Shown here piece after piece: positions 52,445-64,000 of a stretch of DNA of 64,000 nucleotides. Each line of letters begins with the position of its first letter. Within the stretch, counting starts at the first letter, position 1. The DNA lies in the NCBI GenBank assembly GCA_051294375.1, contig CM119263.1:26328758-26392757 (forward strand), read 5' to 3'. The notes under the pieces were generated by a model. That model searched no databases and was not told where the DNA came from. It saw nothing but the letters and a program-made list of their open reading frames with translations. Position numbers and translations under genes: made by a program. Source of the stretch: Paraspadella gotoi (lineage: Eukaryota; Animalia; Chaetognatha).

Positions 52445-54576
52445 GAGAGGAGAGAGATGAGAGAGAGAGAGAGAAGAGAAGAGAAGAGCAGAGAGAGAAG
52501 AGAGAGAAGATCAGGAGAGAGAGAGAGAAGAGAGTTATTTAGGCGCAAAACACGCATGACGATTGACAGCCATTTGTGAAGACGTGAGACGCGTGCAGCC
52601 GCCGATTGTGAGACAATAGCCCTTGGTTCCTTGGGGCTGAGGGAGCTTCAGTGGTTGTGAACCCAAGTGGAGAGTAGGTTAAGTCGTGGGGGTGAATGAA
52701 GCCGATGTGGAATCGAAAATCGGATTTAAAGCTGCGATTGACTTTTGTGAAGTGATTGAATAAATTGATCGAAGTTACTGAATGGATTGGATGTGATGTA
52801 TGGAACGAAATTATGTGAATAAATGATGGAAAGGAACTAGCGTGATTTGAGTTTGGAGAAGGAACCAAAGCTGATGAATTGTGAAAGGGGATGAAGAGAG
52901 ACGAACATGCGTGAGGGAAATGGCGGAGAAAGAAAAACGAAAGAACGAAAAAAAAGAAGAAAATTTAAACCTTTTTGAGTTTCAAACAAAAGGACATCGA
53001 TTTTCCGTTTTTAGAGAAAAATAAGAAAAAAAAGTTTTCTCCTATTTAAACACTACTCAACGCTGGAGAAAGAAGCATTACTAGGCTACCTAAAACATTA
53101 TTATTATAAACATTATTACAACAGGGACTTTAACTTTTAATTTATTTTCAATGAGATGGCGGAATTTGCCACGTCGTCCCTTTTGTCAGCGTTTACAACA
53201 TCTTACATCGTCTTTTAAATATCCAAGGACCTGGCCATCAGACGATGACGACGATCGCCGCTGGCGTTGCGACGATAACCGAAAATCGGAAACAAAATTT
53301 TTTTCTTAGACAATTAGATTCCAATAAAAATTTTTTTGTAAGAGTGATAGAGGCCTTAAACCACCAAAGCCTGTCCAAAGGCAGGGGCAAGATAGCTTAT
53401 TTATTATATGAATGGATATATTTTATATTGGTTGTACCAATTTCATAATATCCTACAAACTGCATCCGGACAAAATCTCTTCTGATATCCTTGACCAACC
53501 AACATAAAACTTCAATCAATCACCGCCTCCCTTCGTCCAATCACAATCCTTCGTCCATCCATTGACCTCTCGCTCATCCCATCATTAGTTTAAACCAAAC
53601 AAATCATCCGAAAGGAATCGCTCCAACCAACTCCGTCCGATCTGTGGCCATCGCATTCTTCTCGAAAACGCTCCAACGCGAAAACCAAAAACTGGTTTTC
53701 TTGTTTCTTATTCTTCTTCTTTTTTTATTTTCATCTTGTTTTTCTTTTTTTTTTCTTCCTTCTCCTCGGCTCACCTTCCCTCTGCCAAGAGGTCACTCGG
53801 TTCGCTGATACTGCGTCCGAGTTTCACCAAAAGAGAAAAATGACAAAAAAACATCAGCGCCCGGATAGAGGGAGAGAGAGATGAGAATGATGAGAAAATG
53901 AGAGAGAAGAGAGAGAAGAGAGAGAGAGAAGAGAGGAGAGAGAGGAGAGACGAGAGAGAGAGAGAGAGGGATTCTCCGGCTAGGAAAGGAGATTAAGTAT
54001 GGCCATTGGATTTCATGTGAAAAAACGAGAGGAACGAGATGGAAGGCATGGAAGACTGGAAGTCATGTAGGATGAGAGAGACAAAAGAAGACATGGACAG
54101 ACAGTGATAAGGAGTTGGAGTCAAGGTATGTAATGCCAGCAGAGGCCAGTAAAGAAAAGTCAGGCAAAAGCATAATAGAGGAAAAGGCGGAAAACAAGCA
54201 GCGAACGAAAAAGACAGGGCATAGCTAAAAAAAAGAGAGGCGGCAGGAAAGTCATGGAGAGGCATGAAAAGACATGGAAAATCATGGAAAGGCAAAAGGA
54301 AGCAACGGATAGTCGCGGAAGAGATGCTAATTGGGAGGAAAAACTCCACGTCGTGCTTCAACAGAGACGTGGCGGTCAGAGTCACTTAGGTTTTATATTT
54401 AAAAGAAAAACAAGTTTTATTAGCGACAACGTTGATTTGTTTTTATTTGGCTTTATATTTATATTTTATATCACCGGCTAATCACCATCTTATTATTCTT
54501 ACATTTGCTTTGAAAAGTAAGAATTTCTAACGAATCTTTATTTTCCTCTTTTCTCATTGTTTTTTTTTTTTTTTTT

Positions 54577-54680
54577 ATCGCCGATATCTGAGTGAAGATC
54601 ATTTCTTATTTCTATTTTTTGTTTTGTTTTTTTCAATCGCCGATATCTGAGTGAAGATAATTTCTCATTTCTATTTTTCT
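54577..54680. repeat. 59-bp-period tandem duplication
   Basis: atcgccgatatctgagtgaagat at 54577 and 54636. Confidence 0.85.
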
Positions 54681-54825
54681 TTTTCTTTCTTTCACGATTC
54701 CCCCGTTTCACCCAATTTCCCATTCTTGCCTCCATTGCCTTCGATGACGTATTTGGGCGGACTCATTATGTCTCTTCCACTCTCTCTCCACCTCTCTCTC
54801 TCCTCTCTACTCTCTCTCTCTCTCT

Positions 54826-54864
<39 letters not shown>

Positions 54865-55073
54865 GCGCCCTCTGTCCCTCTTGGTAGCCGATTAGCCGGA
54901 TGAAATTTAATGCTATGTATAACAGCGTTAAAATAATCTATTCATGACCATGATTATGGCTATTAAAATATTTTTTGTCAAAAAATGTTCTTCTGAGGGT
55001 ACTCGCCTAATTTAAAAATATATATTACTATTATTAGAAGCAAAAAATATTTTTTAAATCTCAAAATTTTTTT

Positions 55074-57404
55074 GATGGATCTGATAGAGCATAAAAAGTT
55101 AAACAAGAAAATATAATTACAGCTTTTTTTAAAATTCTTACGTTTTCTAGTGAAAATATAAAAAAAACTGAAAAATCATCGAAATGATGATGATGATGTA
55201 TGATTTTTTCATAGTTTTTTCTTATGAACAGCTTAAAATCTAACAATTAAAAAAAAGAATCATACTTTGTGTAGACAACTTTTTATGAGCTATTCTGAAT
55301 CTGGTCTTAAAATTTAAAAATTGTTCAAAAACAATTTATTTGGCCTTTCCTTATCTTATAAATAAATATTAAAAAAATTAATTACTTGAGGGTATAGAGC
55401 CAAATTAGAAATTTTTGTCCATTTGGAAATATTGCTTAAAAATGTCTAATATTCGTTTGAGCATGTACTCACTCTAATTTTTTGACTCACCCCATTGAGT
55501 GCGGCTACCCCTACTCTTGGTGCCCGATGTCGCGTCGCCTTCACTGCGTCGTCGTCTCCAACGTCATCCTCCATCGAAAGTCTTGCGATTTTAATTAAAA
55601 ACAAAATAGAAAAAAACCAACAACCTGAATCACGAATCACGAAATCACAAATACGAGTTGTTTATCAAAAATTCACAGAGAAAATCACTACTCAAAAGCG
55701 GCTCCTGGAGTCTCGAAGGAAACTGAAAATAATGAAACCAACGAAATAAAAAAAAAAATTTTCGCGAGATTCATAAATATCGGAAGCGTTCCCCGATTCC
55801 TGATCCCCGATTCCCGAACCCCGATTTCCGATCCCAAATCCCCGACGATTCTAACGTCACGCGGAGATTCCTGGCGGCGCAAATCGCTGGAATCCCCGGG
55901 GTAATTTAAACCAGGGGATCCCCGGCGGCGCAAATCAAAATGGGATCCCCAGAGTCATAAATCATCGGCGCGACGGGGTCACGTGACTTAGCGACGTCGA
56001 TCTCATCTCGGGAAACAGATGATCGTGACCCGTAGACGCGGGCCGTTCTAGGGAAGAGAAGAGATGTATCAGTTTAGAAAGAATATCTTTTTTATGTTGT
56101 CTAAATTGCGATACTTAGCTGTATTGCAATTTTTATTATATTATTTTAAAATACTTACATAACACGATAGTCTTTTTAATTGATAATTTATATTGGTTAC
56201 ATTTCTGTATATATTATTATATACATATAAATAATGATACTATTTCATAATATTGTTTTTCTATTCATTAGTTTTAAAGGCTTTGTTCTCTCTCTCTCTC
56301 CTCTCTCTCTCCTCCTCTCTCTCTTCTCTCTCTTCGTCTTCTCTCTCTCTCCTCTCTATCTCTCTCACTCTATTTCCCATCTCTTCTCTTCCCTAGAACG
56401 GCCCGCGTCTACGGGTCACCGAATCATCTGTTTCCCGAGATGAGATCGACGTCGCTAAGTCACGTGACCCCGTCGCGCCGATGATTTATGACTCTGGGAT
56501 CCCATTTTGATTTGCGCCGCCGGGGATCCCCTGGTTTAAATTACCCCGGGGATTCCAGCGATTTGGCGCGCCAGGAAATCTCCGCGTGACGTTAGAATCG
56601 TCGGGGATTTGGGATCGGAAATCGGGGTTCGGGAAATCGGGGATCAGGAATCGGGGAACGCTTCCGATATTTATGAATACTCGCGAAAATTTTTTTTTTA
56701 TTTCGTTGGTTTCATTATTTTTCAGTTTCCTTCAGAGACTCCAGGCAGCCGCTTTTGAGTAGTGATTTTCTCTGTGAATTCTGTTTGATAAACGCAAACT
56801 CATGGTAGTTATGAGATTTCTATGTGATTGCGAGTGAATATTAACTAGGTGTTGGTTTTTTCTATTGTGTTTTAATTAAAATCGCAAGACTTTCGATGGA
56901 GGATGAACGTTGGAGACGACGACGCAAGTGAAGGCGACGCGACATCGGCACAAGCAGTAGGGGTAGCCGCAACTAAAATGGGGTGAGTCAAAAATTAGAG
57001 TGAGGTACTGCTCAAACGAATATTTAGACATTTTTAAGAATACTTTCACAAATGGAACAAAAATTTCTAATTTGGCTCTATACGCCTAGTAATTAATTTT
57101 TTATATTTATTTATAAGATAAGGAAAGGCCAAATAAATTGTTTTATGAAAAATTTTTAAATTTTAAGACCAGATTCAGATAGCTCATAAAAAGTTGTCTA
57201 CACAAAGTATGATTCTTTTATTTAATATTTGTTACGTTTTATGTCAAATAAGAAAAAACTATGAAAAATCATACATCATCATCATCATTTCGATGATTTT
57301 ATTCAGTTTTTTTTATATTTTCACTTAGAAAACGTCAAGAATTTTTAAAAAAGCTGTAATTATATTTTCTTGTTTAACTTTTTATGGCTCTATCAGAATC
57401 CATC
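55074..57404. repeat. Large inverted duplication: ~1 kb arms (55074-56066 / 56378-57404) with ~310-bp spacer
   Basis: Right arm is the reverse complement of the left (e.g. ttctagggaagagaagagatg / catctcttctcttccctagaa). Divergence rises outward and the arm ends at an N gap. Confidence 0.9.
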
Positions 57405-58239
57405 CGNNNNNNNNNNNNNNNNNNNNNNNNNGTTCCTCCATCCTATCTGAAATAGGAGAAACTGCAAGATTAGCAGCAGCATACTGCCAGAGTTAAAAAG
57501 AGAAAATACTTATTTAATATTATAATCTGTTTAAATCATTGATTTCTTAATTTTAAACTGGTGAATTATAAAAATAACTATAATGCAGTCTTAACCATCA
57601 AAAAATGTTAGTTTTAACGTTATTAAGAGGGTCCACCAGCGGGGACCAATGTGAACCACGCGGGACAACGGCCCTACACGGCGGGATTATTAAAAAAGCT
57701 GAAAGCATAACGTATTGATCCTTAAAAGTAAGCTAGAGTCTCATTGACCAATATGATTCTTTTCTATTAATCATTTGGGCGAAACGTTCGTTGAAAAGTA
57801 ACCAAGTATTAAAAAATAATCGATACATGAACAGCGCGCCTAATTTGTCTTTTAAAAATTGGTCTATAAAGAAGAAAATTCTTTTCACCTCAATCCCGTT
57901 TTTTAAATTTTTTTTTTTCTGCCGAAACACGGCAATGTAAAGTTTTTATTTTAAAAGCTTCAACTCTTATTACAAAAAATTTATAAATATAAAAAAATGG
58001 AATGAATAAAAAATTTTAGGTAATGACTGATTTTATTTAAACTTTTTAATCCCGCTGACCACAGTGAAGCTCTGATTATAATAAGACTAAAAAATAATAA
58101 CCGCTTTCGACTATAAATAAAAAAAAAAGATAAAAGTATAACAAACAAAAAAAGTTTTAATTACTTTTTCACTAAATTTCTGAATTATCCTATACATCGA
58201 TGAATCCATCAATATAGTTTATTCATTCAATAGCCCATT

Positions 58240-58445
58240 GCGTTGCAGAAAGTCAAGAAGAAGCAAGTCATTTCAACCTTTCCAACCCTAAAAGGTGTGG
58301 GTGTCGTTAGTCCCTGGTAAGTTGCCGAGTAGTTAAAAAGGATGCGGGTTTCCATTATAACCCTGCTTTGCTAACACGATTGTTACAGCCTTGATGATCC
58401 AAAGCTCAGGACTGCTGTATATTAACCCATTCTGTATCTACTCAT
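58240..58445 (+). mobile_element. SINE family 2, noisy copy
   Basis: gcaagtcattt...taacacgattgttacagcc...gatccaaagctcaggactgctgtatatt matches the 13480-13655 element. Confidence 0.6.
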
Positions 58446-58844
58446 ATTATGGGGAACAAAAAAATTCCAATTACTATCTCTTCCCTGGTGAGCCTATTTC
58501 TCTGAAGATAACAGCAATAACAATACTTTCAGACGCAGACTTATCGCCCTCAACCTGCGCCAATCACTTCCTGTTCCCACCAACAATTACAATCAGCACG
58601 ATGACGCGCTCAACTTAATTAAAAAACTTATTTCATTCAATAACAACACAATCCCGATTTCGACAAAGCAACGGTGCCAACAGACTGTTGTCACCAAGAC
58701 GTACGGCCTACCCGCCACAATGTTGATGGTATTAAAATCTTACTCACCAGTTCCATCACGGCCATTGGTGCTATAGGTTAATCAGTGAGGAAGTAGCCAC
58801 ACTCAATGGTCATGCGTGAAACGTCAAAATTTAGCACGTGAAGT

Positions 58845-59410
58845 ACAATTGCTCAAAATGAATTATTTAGGACATTTTATAAGAATATTCTCCAATGGAA
58901 CAAAAATTTTAATATGGCTTCTATACCCTAGTAATTAATTTTTTTAATATTTATATACGATTAAGGAAAGGCCAAAATGTTTTTTTGAAAATTTTTAAAA
59001 TTTTTAAACCAGATTCAAATACTATACAAAAGTTTGTCTACACAAAATGTAGATTCTTTTATAAGTATTTTTACGCGATAAGGGCGCAAAATAAAAAAAA
59101 CCATGAAAAATCATCGCATCCAATCATCTCTTATCGATGATTATTTCAGTTTTTTATATTTTTCAACTAAGAAAACGTCAGAATTTTAAAAAGCTGTAAT
59201 TATATTCTTGTTTTAACTTTATTTGCTCTACAGATCCATCAAAAAAATTTTGACATCTTCTAAAAAAATATTTTTTGCTTCTAATATAGTAATATAATTT
59301 TTAATTAGGCTGAGTTACTCTCGAAACGAAGAACATTTTTGAACAAAAAATATATTTCATAATACCATAATTTCTATTGGTTATAGACAGCTATCCTACT
59401 TTTACACGCT
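58845..59410. repeat. Third, error-rich copy of the outer part of the 55-57 kb inverted arm
   Basis: Matches ~57010-57404 in direct orientation and continues into the reverse complement of ~54915-55070. Confidence 0.75.
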
Positions 59411-59439
59411 CGCATATACTATTAAGCACTTTAGATTTC

Positions 59440-59622
59440 CATTGGCTATGGCAAGGTAGCGAGCAAGACATTTGCCTCCACTTAAGAGGCATTTGGGCTT
59501 TTCCGTAGTTGCCTCAGTTAAGACGACCCGGCGCGCTTACCCTTTTGTAACAACGTGTTACAGCCTAATCCAAGTTCATGCAGACTGCTTCTATTAGACA
59601 GTTTTGTCATTAACCCTCATAA
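59440..59622 (+). mobile_element. SINE family 2, noisy copy
   Basis: gcaagacatttgcctcc...tgtaacaacgtgttacagcctaatccaag...gactgcttctatt matches the 13480-13655 element. Confidence 0.55.
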
Positions 59623-60312
59623 AATTATCTATTCTATCTATTTATGGTCTATATATTTATAAGTTTCTATTTGACGAGGAACAAAATAAAAATATTTATC
59701 TTTTTATTGCCAAAATAATAATAATAATATAAATATTTAGATAGGATCAACAAAATTTTTTTATAATTTTTTATTTGAGATTTCATTATGCCTACAATAA
59801 CGAATATAAATAATTTTATACTTTCCTGTTACCAAAAAAATATAATGACTATCACCATCAAATTTTCCTTTTGATAATAGGATCATTTAGACTTGCGTGA
59901 TATCATTTTTTATCACCTGTCGTCCCTAAGCAAAGTTCTGAAAACATTAAGCTTAAAAGAAACTCTTCATCACAGACTCGTTTTTTGAGAAAACTCCCAC
60001 CATTTGTCCATTGTAAAGTCTCTAGCTACATCACGATTTTTGCCCGATGGTTCTGGTTGCGTCATTGCGCCTCCCTCCGTCGTCCAGTCTTAGCGGTAAA
60101 ATTTGCCCAGATGTAAGAATTAATTTTAACTGTTTATCCATCTAGTTTGGTTCCTTACGATCCAGCTATTTCAGAGTCATTCTATGCAATCCTTTTTTTT
60201 TCGAATTTCAATTCTTAAAAATGCGAACAATTTCCACATACTCCCATTATACTTTCCCTAGGTCTCACCGTTCATCAAAGTCATTTATCAGTGTTCACGC
60301 GTTTTTTTTTAG

Positions 60313-63300
60313 GACAAGATGTGAGATAGAATAAACTGTCCAGTTAAGTCCAGCAGGAGCAAACTAAAGGCTCAGGAGGAGGAGCTACACCGAAATACCT
60401 TAAAGACGGTCTAAACCACACTGGGGGGAGTGCTGCCTCCGCCCCGCGCGTCCACTGTCGCCCACCAGTAAAGGAAGCGGCGGTAAATTTGATCATTAAT
60501 CGTACTTTCAATATTCAATTTACTTATATAGTAGAGACTTTTATTGTTTAAATCTATGTCCTGAGATTTTGTAAATTAAACAGAAGCTAACACAGATAAC
60601 ATTTTTCGTACTTTTAGCTGAAAAAATAAATTTTTTTTCCACGAATAATTTTTTGTTGGTAATTTAAACACAACCTTAAAAAAAATTATAGTTGATCAAT
60701 TTCATAGATATAATTATAGATGAATTTTTGTTTTTATTCTGATTTCCCTTTAGCTGGTAGCCGGTGAGGCTTCGCTGCGCAGGCTCCAAGAAAGCCAAAC
60801 TTGACCGCGACTCAATGCAACCAAAGCTGCACGAGGAGCCGGAAAAGAGATGCCAGGATGACGAAGTATGACGACCGGACGACGGCCAAAAGAAAGTCGC
60901 CGCCGGGTTCAAAAATCGCGTTGAGCGGCACGCGACCGTCCAGTCAAACAGAAAGTGAAGAAAGAAGCGCGACGAAAGAAAAGAATTCAGAAGACGCCGC
61001 CGTCGCATAAAGTCAAGAAAGATTTACTAAAAAAAAATAGCCCAGAAAACGCTGCCCCCCCCCCGCGGATGACCGAAAGAAAGTCGCGATCAAAAGCGAA
61101 AGAGAAGGATGCGTCCAGCAGCGTCAGCAGTGCAAAAGAAAAAGAAAAGAAGGAAGCGAAGGAGGAGCAAAAAGAGCGGAATGTGGCCGAAGAAAACAGT
61201 TAAGAAAGACGTTGGAGAAAAAAGATTGCGAAAAACGCTGGAAAAAAGCCGTGAAAGCGGAGAAAAATGTCGACGCGAAAGCATCAAGACGAATCGGTGG
61301 GCAAAGATTCGTAGAAAACGACAACAACGACGAGCTCGACGACACACACAGGCCTAAGTTAGAGAAGTGATCAAAGGATCAACAGAGAAACGAGAAGCAA
61401 TCTCGAGAAAAGGAAAAAAAGGAGAAAGCGCGAGAAGCCAAGCAAGCTGAGGAGAAGAAAAATTCGAAGAAGAAAAGCACAAAGCAACAAACGCTTCAAT
61501 TGAAGCAAACAGTTCAAGGAGGCAACGAGCCGCGAGCAACTGCAGCAATGCACGCTGTCCAGCTTGAAACTGCAAAGAAAGCAACAAGATATTCTGCTGC
61601 AACAGCAGTAAGGCAGGCCGGCACGAAAAATTGCAGGCAATAGAATTTGAAGATGCAAGCGTAAACTTTTGGCCGGATCAGGTCAAGCAATCGCAGAAAA
61701 CTGAAAAAACGATCAGGCCGAAGAGCAGCGAAGATTTACAAAGAGAAAGCAAGCCAGCAACAGCTAACAACAGCAGGTTCAGAAACAGGTTCAGGAAGCA
61801 AGTTCAGGAGCAAAGTCAACAACAGATTTTGAATCAACAAAAGATTGCCTCAGGCAAGCTGAATCTTCAGCGGATACTGCCAAAACGAAGCTCTCCCGCT
61901 CCCCTACCGGCCGCTGCACCTGGATAACCCGCGAATCTGACCAAGGCGAACGCCGCAGGGCTGCAACCCGCAGCTCCTGCACCTGGAGGTCCTGCACCAG
62001 GTGGAGTATGCTAATGCCGCGGCGACAATGCCAATAATAAATCCCTCAAGGTTGCCCCAAATCCTGTTCGGGTGGTGGGCGGCGTCGATGGATAACGCTA
62101 TCGGACTCGCGTTTCTCTCAACTAAAAAGGAGCTGCTCCGATAATTCTGCAGGTAGCCGCGGCCAAACCAGCGGCCGCTGCGGTAACCGGACCCGGGCTA
62201 GTTGGCGGAGGTCCAGTTCCCGGTGGAGTCTCTTGCACGGAAAAGTGAACAAACAAGCTAGCAAATCTAAATGGGATGTGAATTCTGAAGGGCCTTGCGT
62301 GCAAACCAAGAGATTGCGGAGCCTTTTCGGAGAAACAAAGCCGTTCACGGAATTGGCAGCAGACTCGATTAGCGAACCAATAAAAAACTGGACCAGCATT
62401 ATGCCGGCGGAATTCCGATTGCGAGCGTCGATGCACAAGAACGGCAGGAAATTTGGGCGAAAAACCGAACAGAACATCCGTTTGAAGCCGTGGACAGCCG
62501 AAAATCACACGGACCGCACGTTCGGAAGAAACAAAACGGAAACCAAAGGACAAGTCACGGTGGCGACTCGAAGCGGAAGACGGGGAGAGCGGAGCAGGAA
62601 GAGGGGGCTGAAGATGCTGAAGAGAGCGAGGAAGAGAATGTGAGGGAAAGAAAACGGGTTAACCGGGTTCGAACGCCGAGACGAGGCGGTTCGCGAGAAG
62701 TGCAGTAAAGGCGGGTGACGGTAGCAGCGCAAGGAAAGACGACCAACGGAGAGAATAATTTGGAAAGGGAGAGCGGAGCGCCGGCGAGAGCAATGACAAC
62801 GGCAGGGGAGGCGGATGGAGGGATAAAAAAAAGCTGACTGCGAAGATGCAGAAAGCTGACGAGTGTTTGACAGGACGGAGACGGCCACGGAGGAAGGAGC
62901 AGGCCACATTCGAAGCCGGCGCCAGAAAGCGTTTGACGGCGCGAAAGAAGAGAATCAGCAGCGACCGAAGAAGAAGAGGAACGTGGAGATCAGCTGCCAA
63001 CAAACGCCTGGCACAACGAAGAGGAAATCGGGAGGGCGGCCGCCACACGAAGCCGCACCAGCCTTACTACTCCACGTCATCAAAGCGCGCTCGCGTCACG
63101 CGCGTTCATGCGCGCCGCCGGCGATCAGCGTCTGGATTTTTGACCGAGCAGGCCCCGCTCCCATGAGCGCGGTGGCTCAAGCGAGCCGGTGCGCAAGCCG
63201 CGTTGACGAAACTGACCTTTCGGCAAGAAGCAAGCGAGAGGTTTCGAGTGGAACGAAAGTTGCCGCCGACGCCGAAGCAAACATTGTTCAGAACAAGGAG

Positions 63301-63530
63301 GAAGGTGAGGTCTGGCAGAAACAAGGTCGCGGACATCGAGAAAAGGCGGGCGAGGGCAGCCAAGAGCAATTCGTGCGGTTCAAAGATCTTCCTCGACGAG
63401 AAATGATCTTCCCTTCGATGAAAACAGAAGAGAGAGAAAAAAGTGCAAAGAAGAGGGAGAGACTCGCAGGCGAATGTCGAACGCGAAAGACTCGCGCGCG
63501 TCGTGCGCGCGGCTTGCGGAAACATCGTTT
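60313..63530 (+). CDS. Multi-exon gene for a long Lys/Glu/Gln/Ala-rich, probably coiled-coil/disordered protein; frame destroyed by dense indel errors
   Basis: Acceptors tttttttag| (60312) and ttccctttag| (60753), donor gcg|gtaaat (60482). About 2.8 kb of purine-biased codon-like sequence with QQQVQKQVQ- and AAPAPGGPAP-like segments distributed over shifting frames. Confidence 0.5.
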
Positions 63531-64000
63531 TCACACACTTTTTGAAGTTTTTTTAACAATGTTTTGTTTACTCCTCAGTTCTTAGCTTAATATTCGTGTG
63601 TATAGAGTCAGTCTCTGCGAATAATATTAAATTTATTAGTTGAACGTCCGTTTGCGCTTTTTTATTTCGCTAGAGCGGCGTAAAAAAAAGGCGAAACAAG
63701 AACAGTTTCGTAAAAATGAGTGGAACCGAAATTATTTTCATCATTACGAAGCGGGCAATCCAACGTTTCTTTTCTTCCACCACGTTCTACTTTAGTTCAC
63801 TCTCTCTCCCTCTCTCCTCTCTCTCCTCTCCTCTATCTCTCTCTCTCCTTCTCTCTCTCTCTCTCCGTCTCTCTTTCTCTTTCTCTCTCTCTTTCTCCTC
63901 TTATTTCTCTTCTGTGCTTGAGTTTCGGGTAAAATAAAATTTAGGAAGAAGGGGAAACCATTAGCTCGCAATTGTTTTTAATACTTTTCTTTCCTCTGTA

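Overview
Eukaryotic, AT-rich, probably invertebrate draft-assembly DNA. It is dense in (CT)n/(GA)n and other microsatellites, has many N gaps (mostly ~29.9-43.3 kb) and includes unpolished long-read-like stretches. The only confidently identifiable protein-coding locus is an intronless long-type ABCC/MRP transporter (16434-20829, +) broken by a stop codon, frameshifts, a tandem duplication and a deletion, so it is probably a pseudogene. Splice-site and phase analysis supports further low-complexity multi-exon genes at ~0.6-5.8 kb, ~8.5-10.9 kb and ~60.3-63.5 kb. The main finding is a family of four small non-coding inverted-repeat insertions at ~14.4, 15.5, 22.4 and 46.9 kb. Each carries a minimal hammerhead ribozyme core (CTGATGA-A-stem II-GAAAC(A/T)TGT(C/A)) with covarying stem II, a downstream AATAAA, an inverted copy of the 3' end and a conserved ~32-44 bp asymmetric tail. 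Three have 12-13 bp target-site duplications. This architecture matches Penelope-like element pLTR or retrozyme-type non-autonomous retroelements. Also present are two tRNA-derived SINE-like families, a degenerate MITE-like palindrome and a ~1 kb-arm inverted duplication that may be an artefact.
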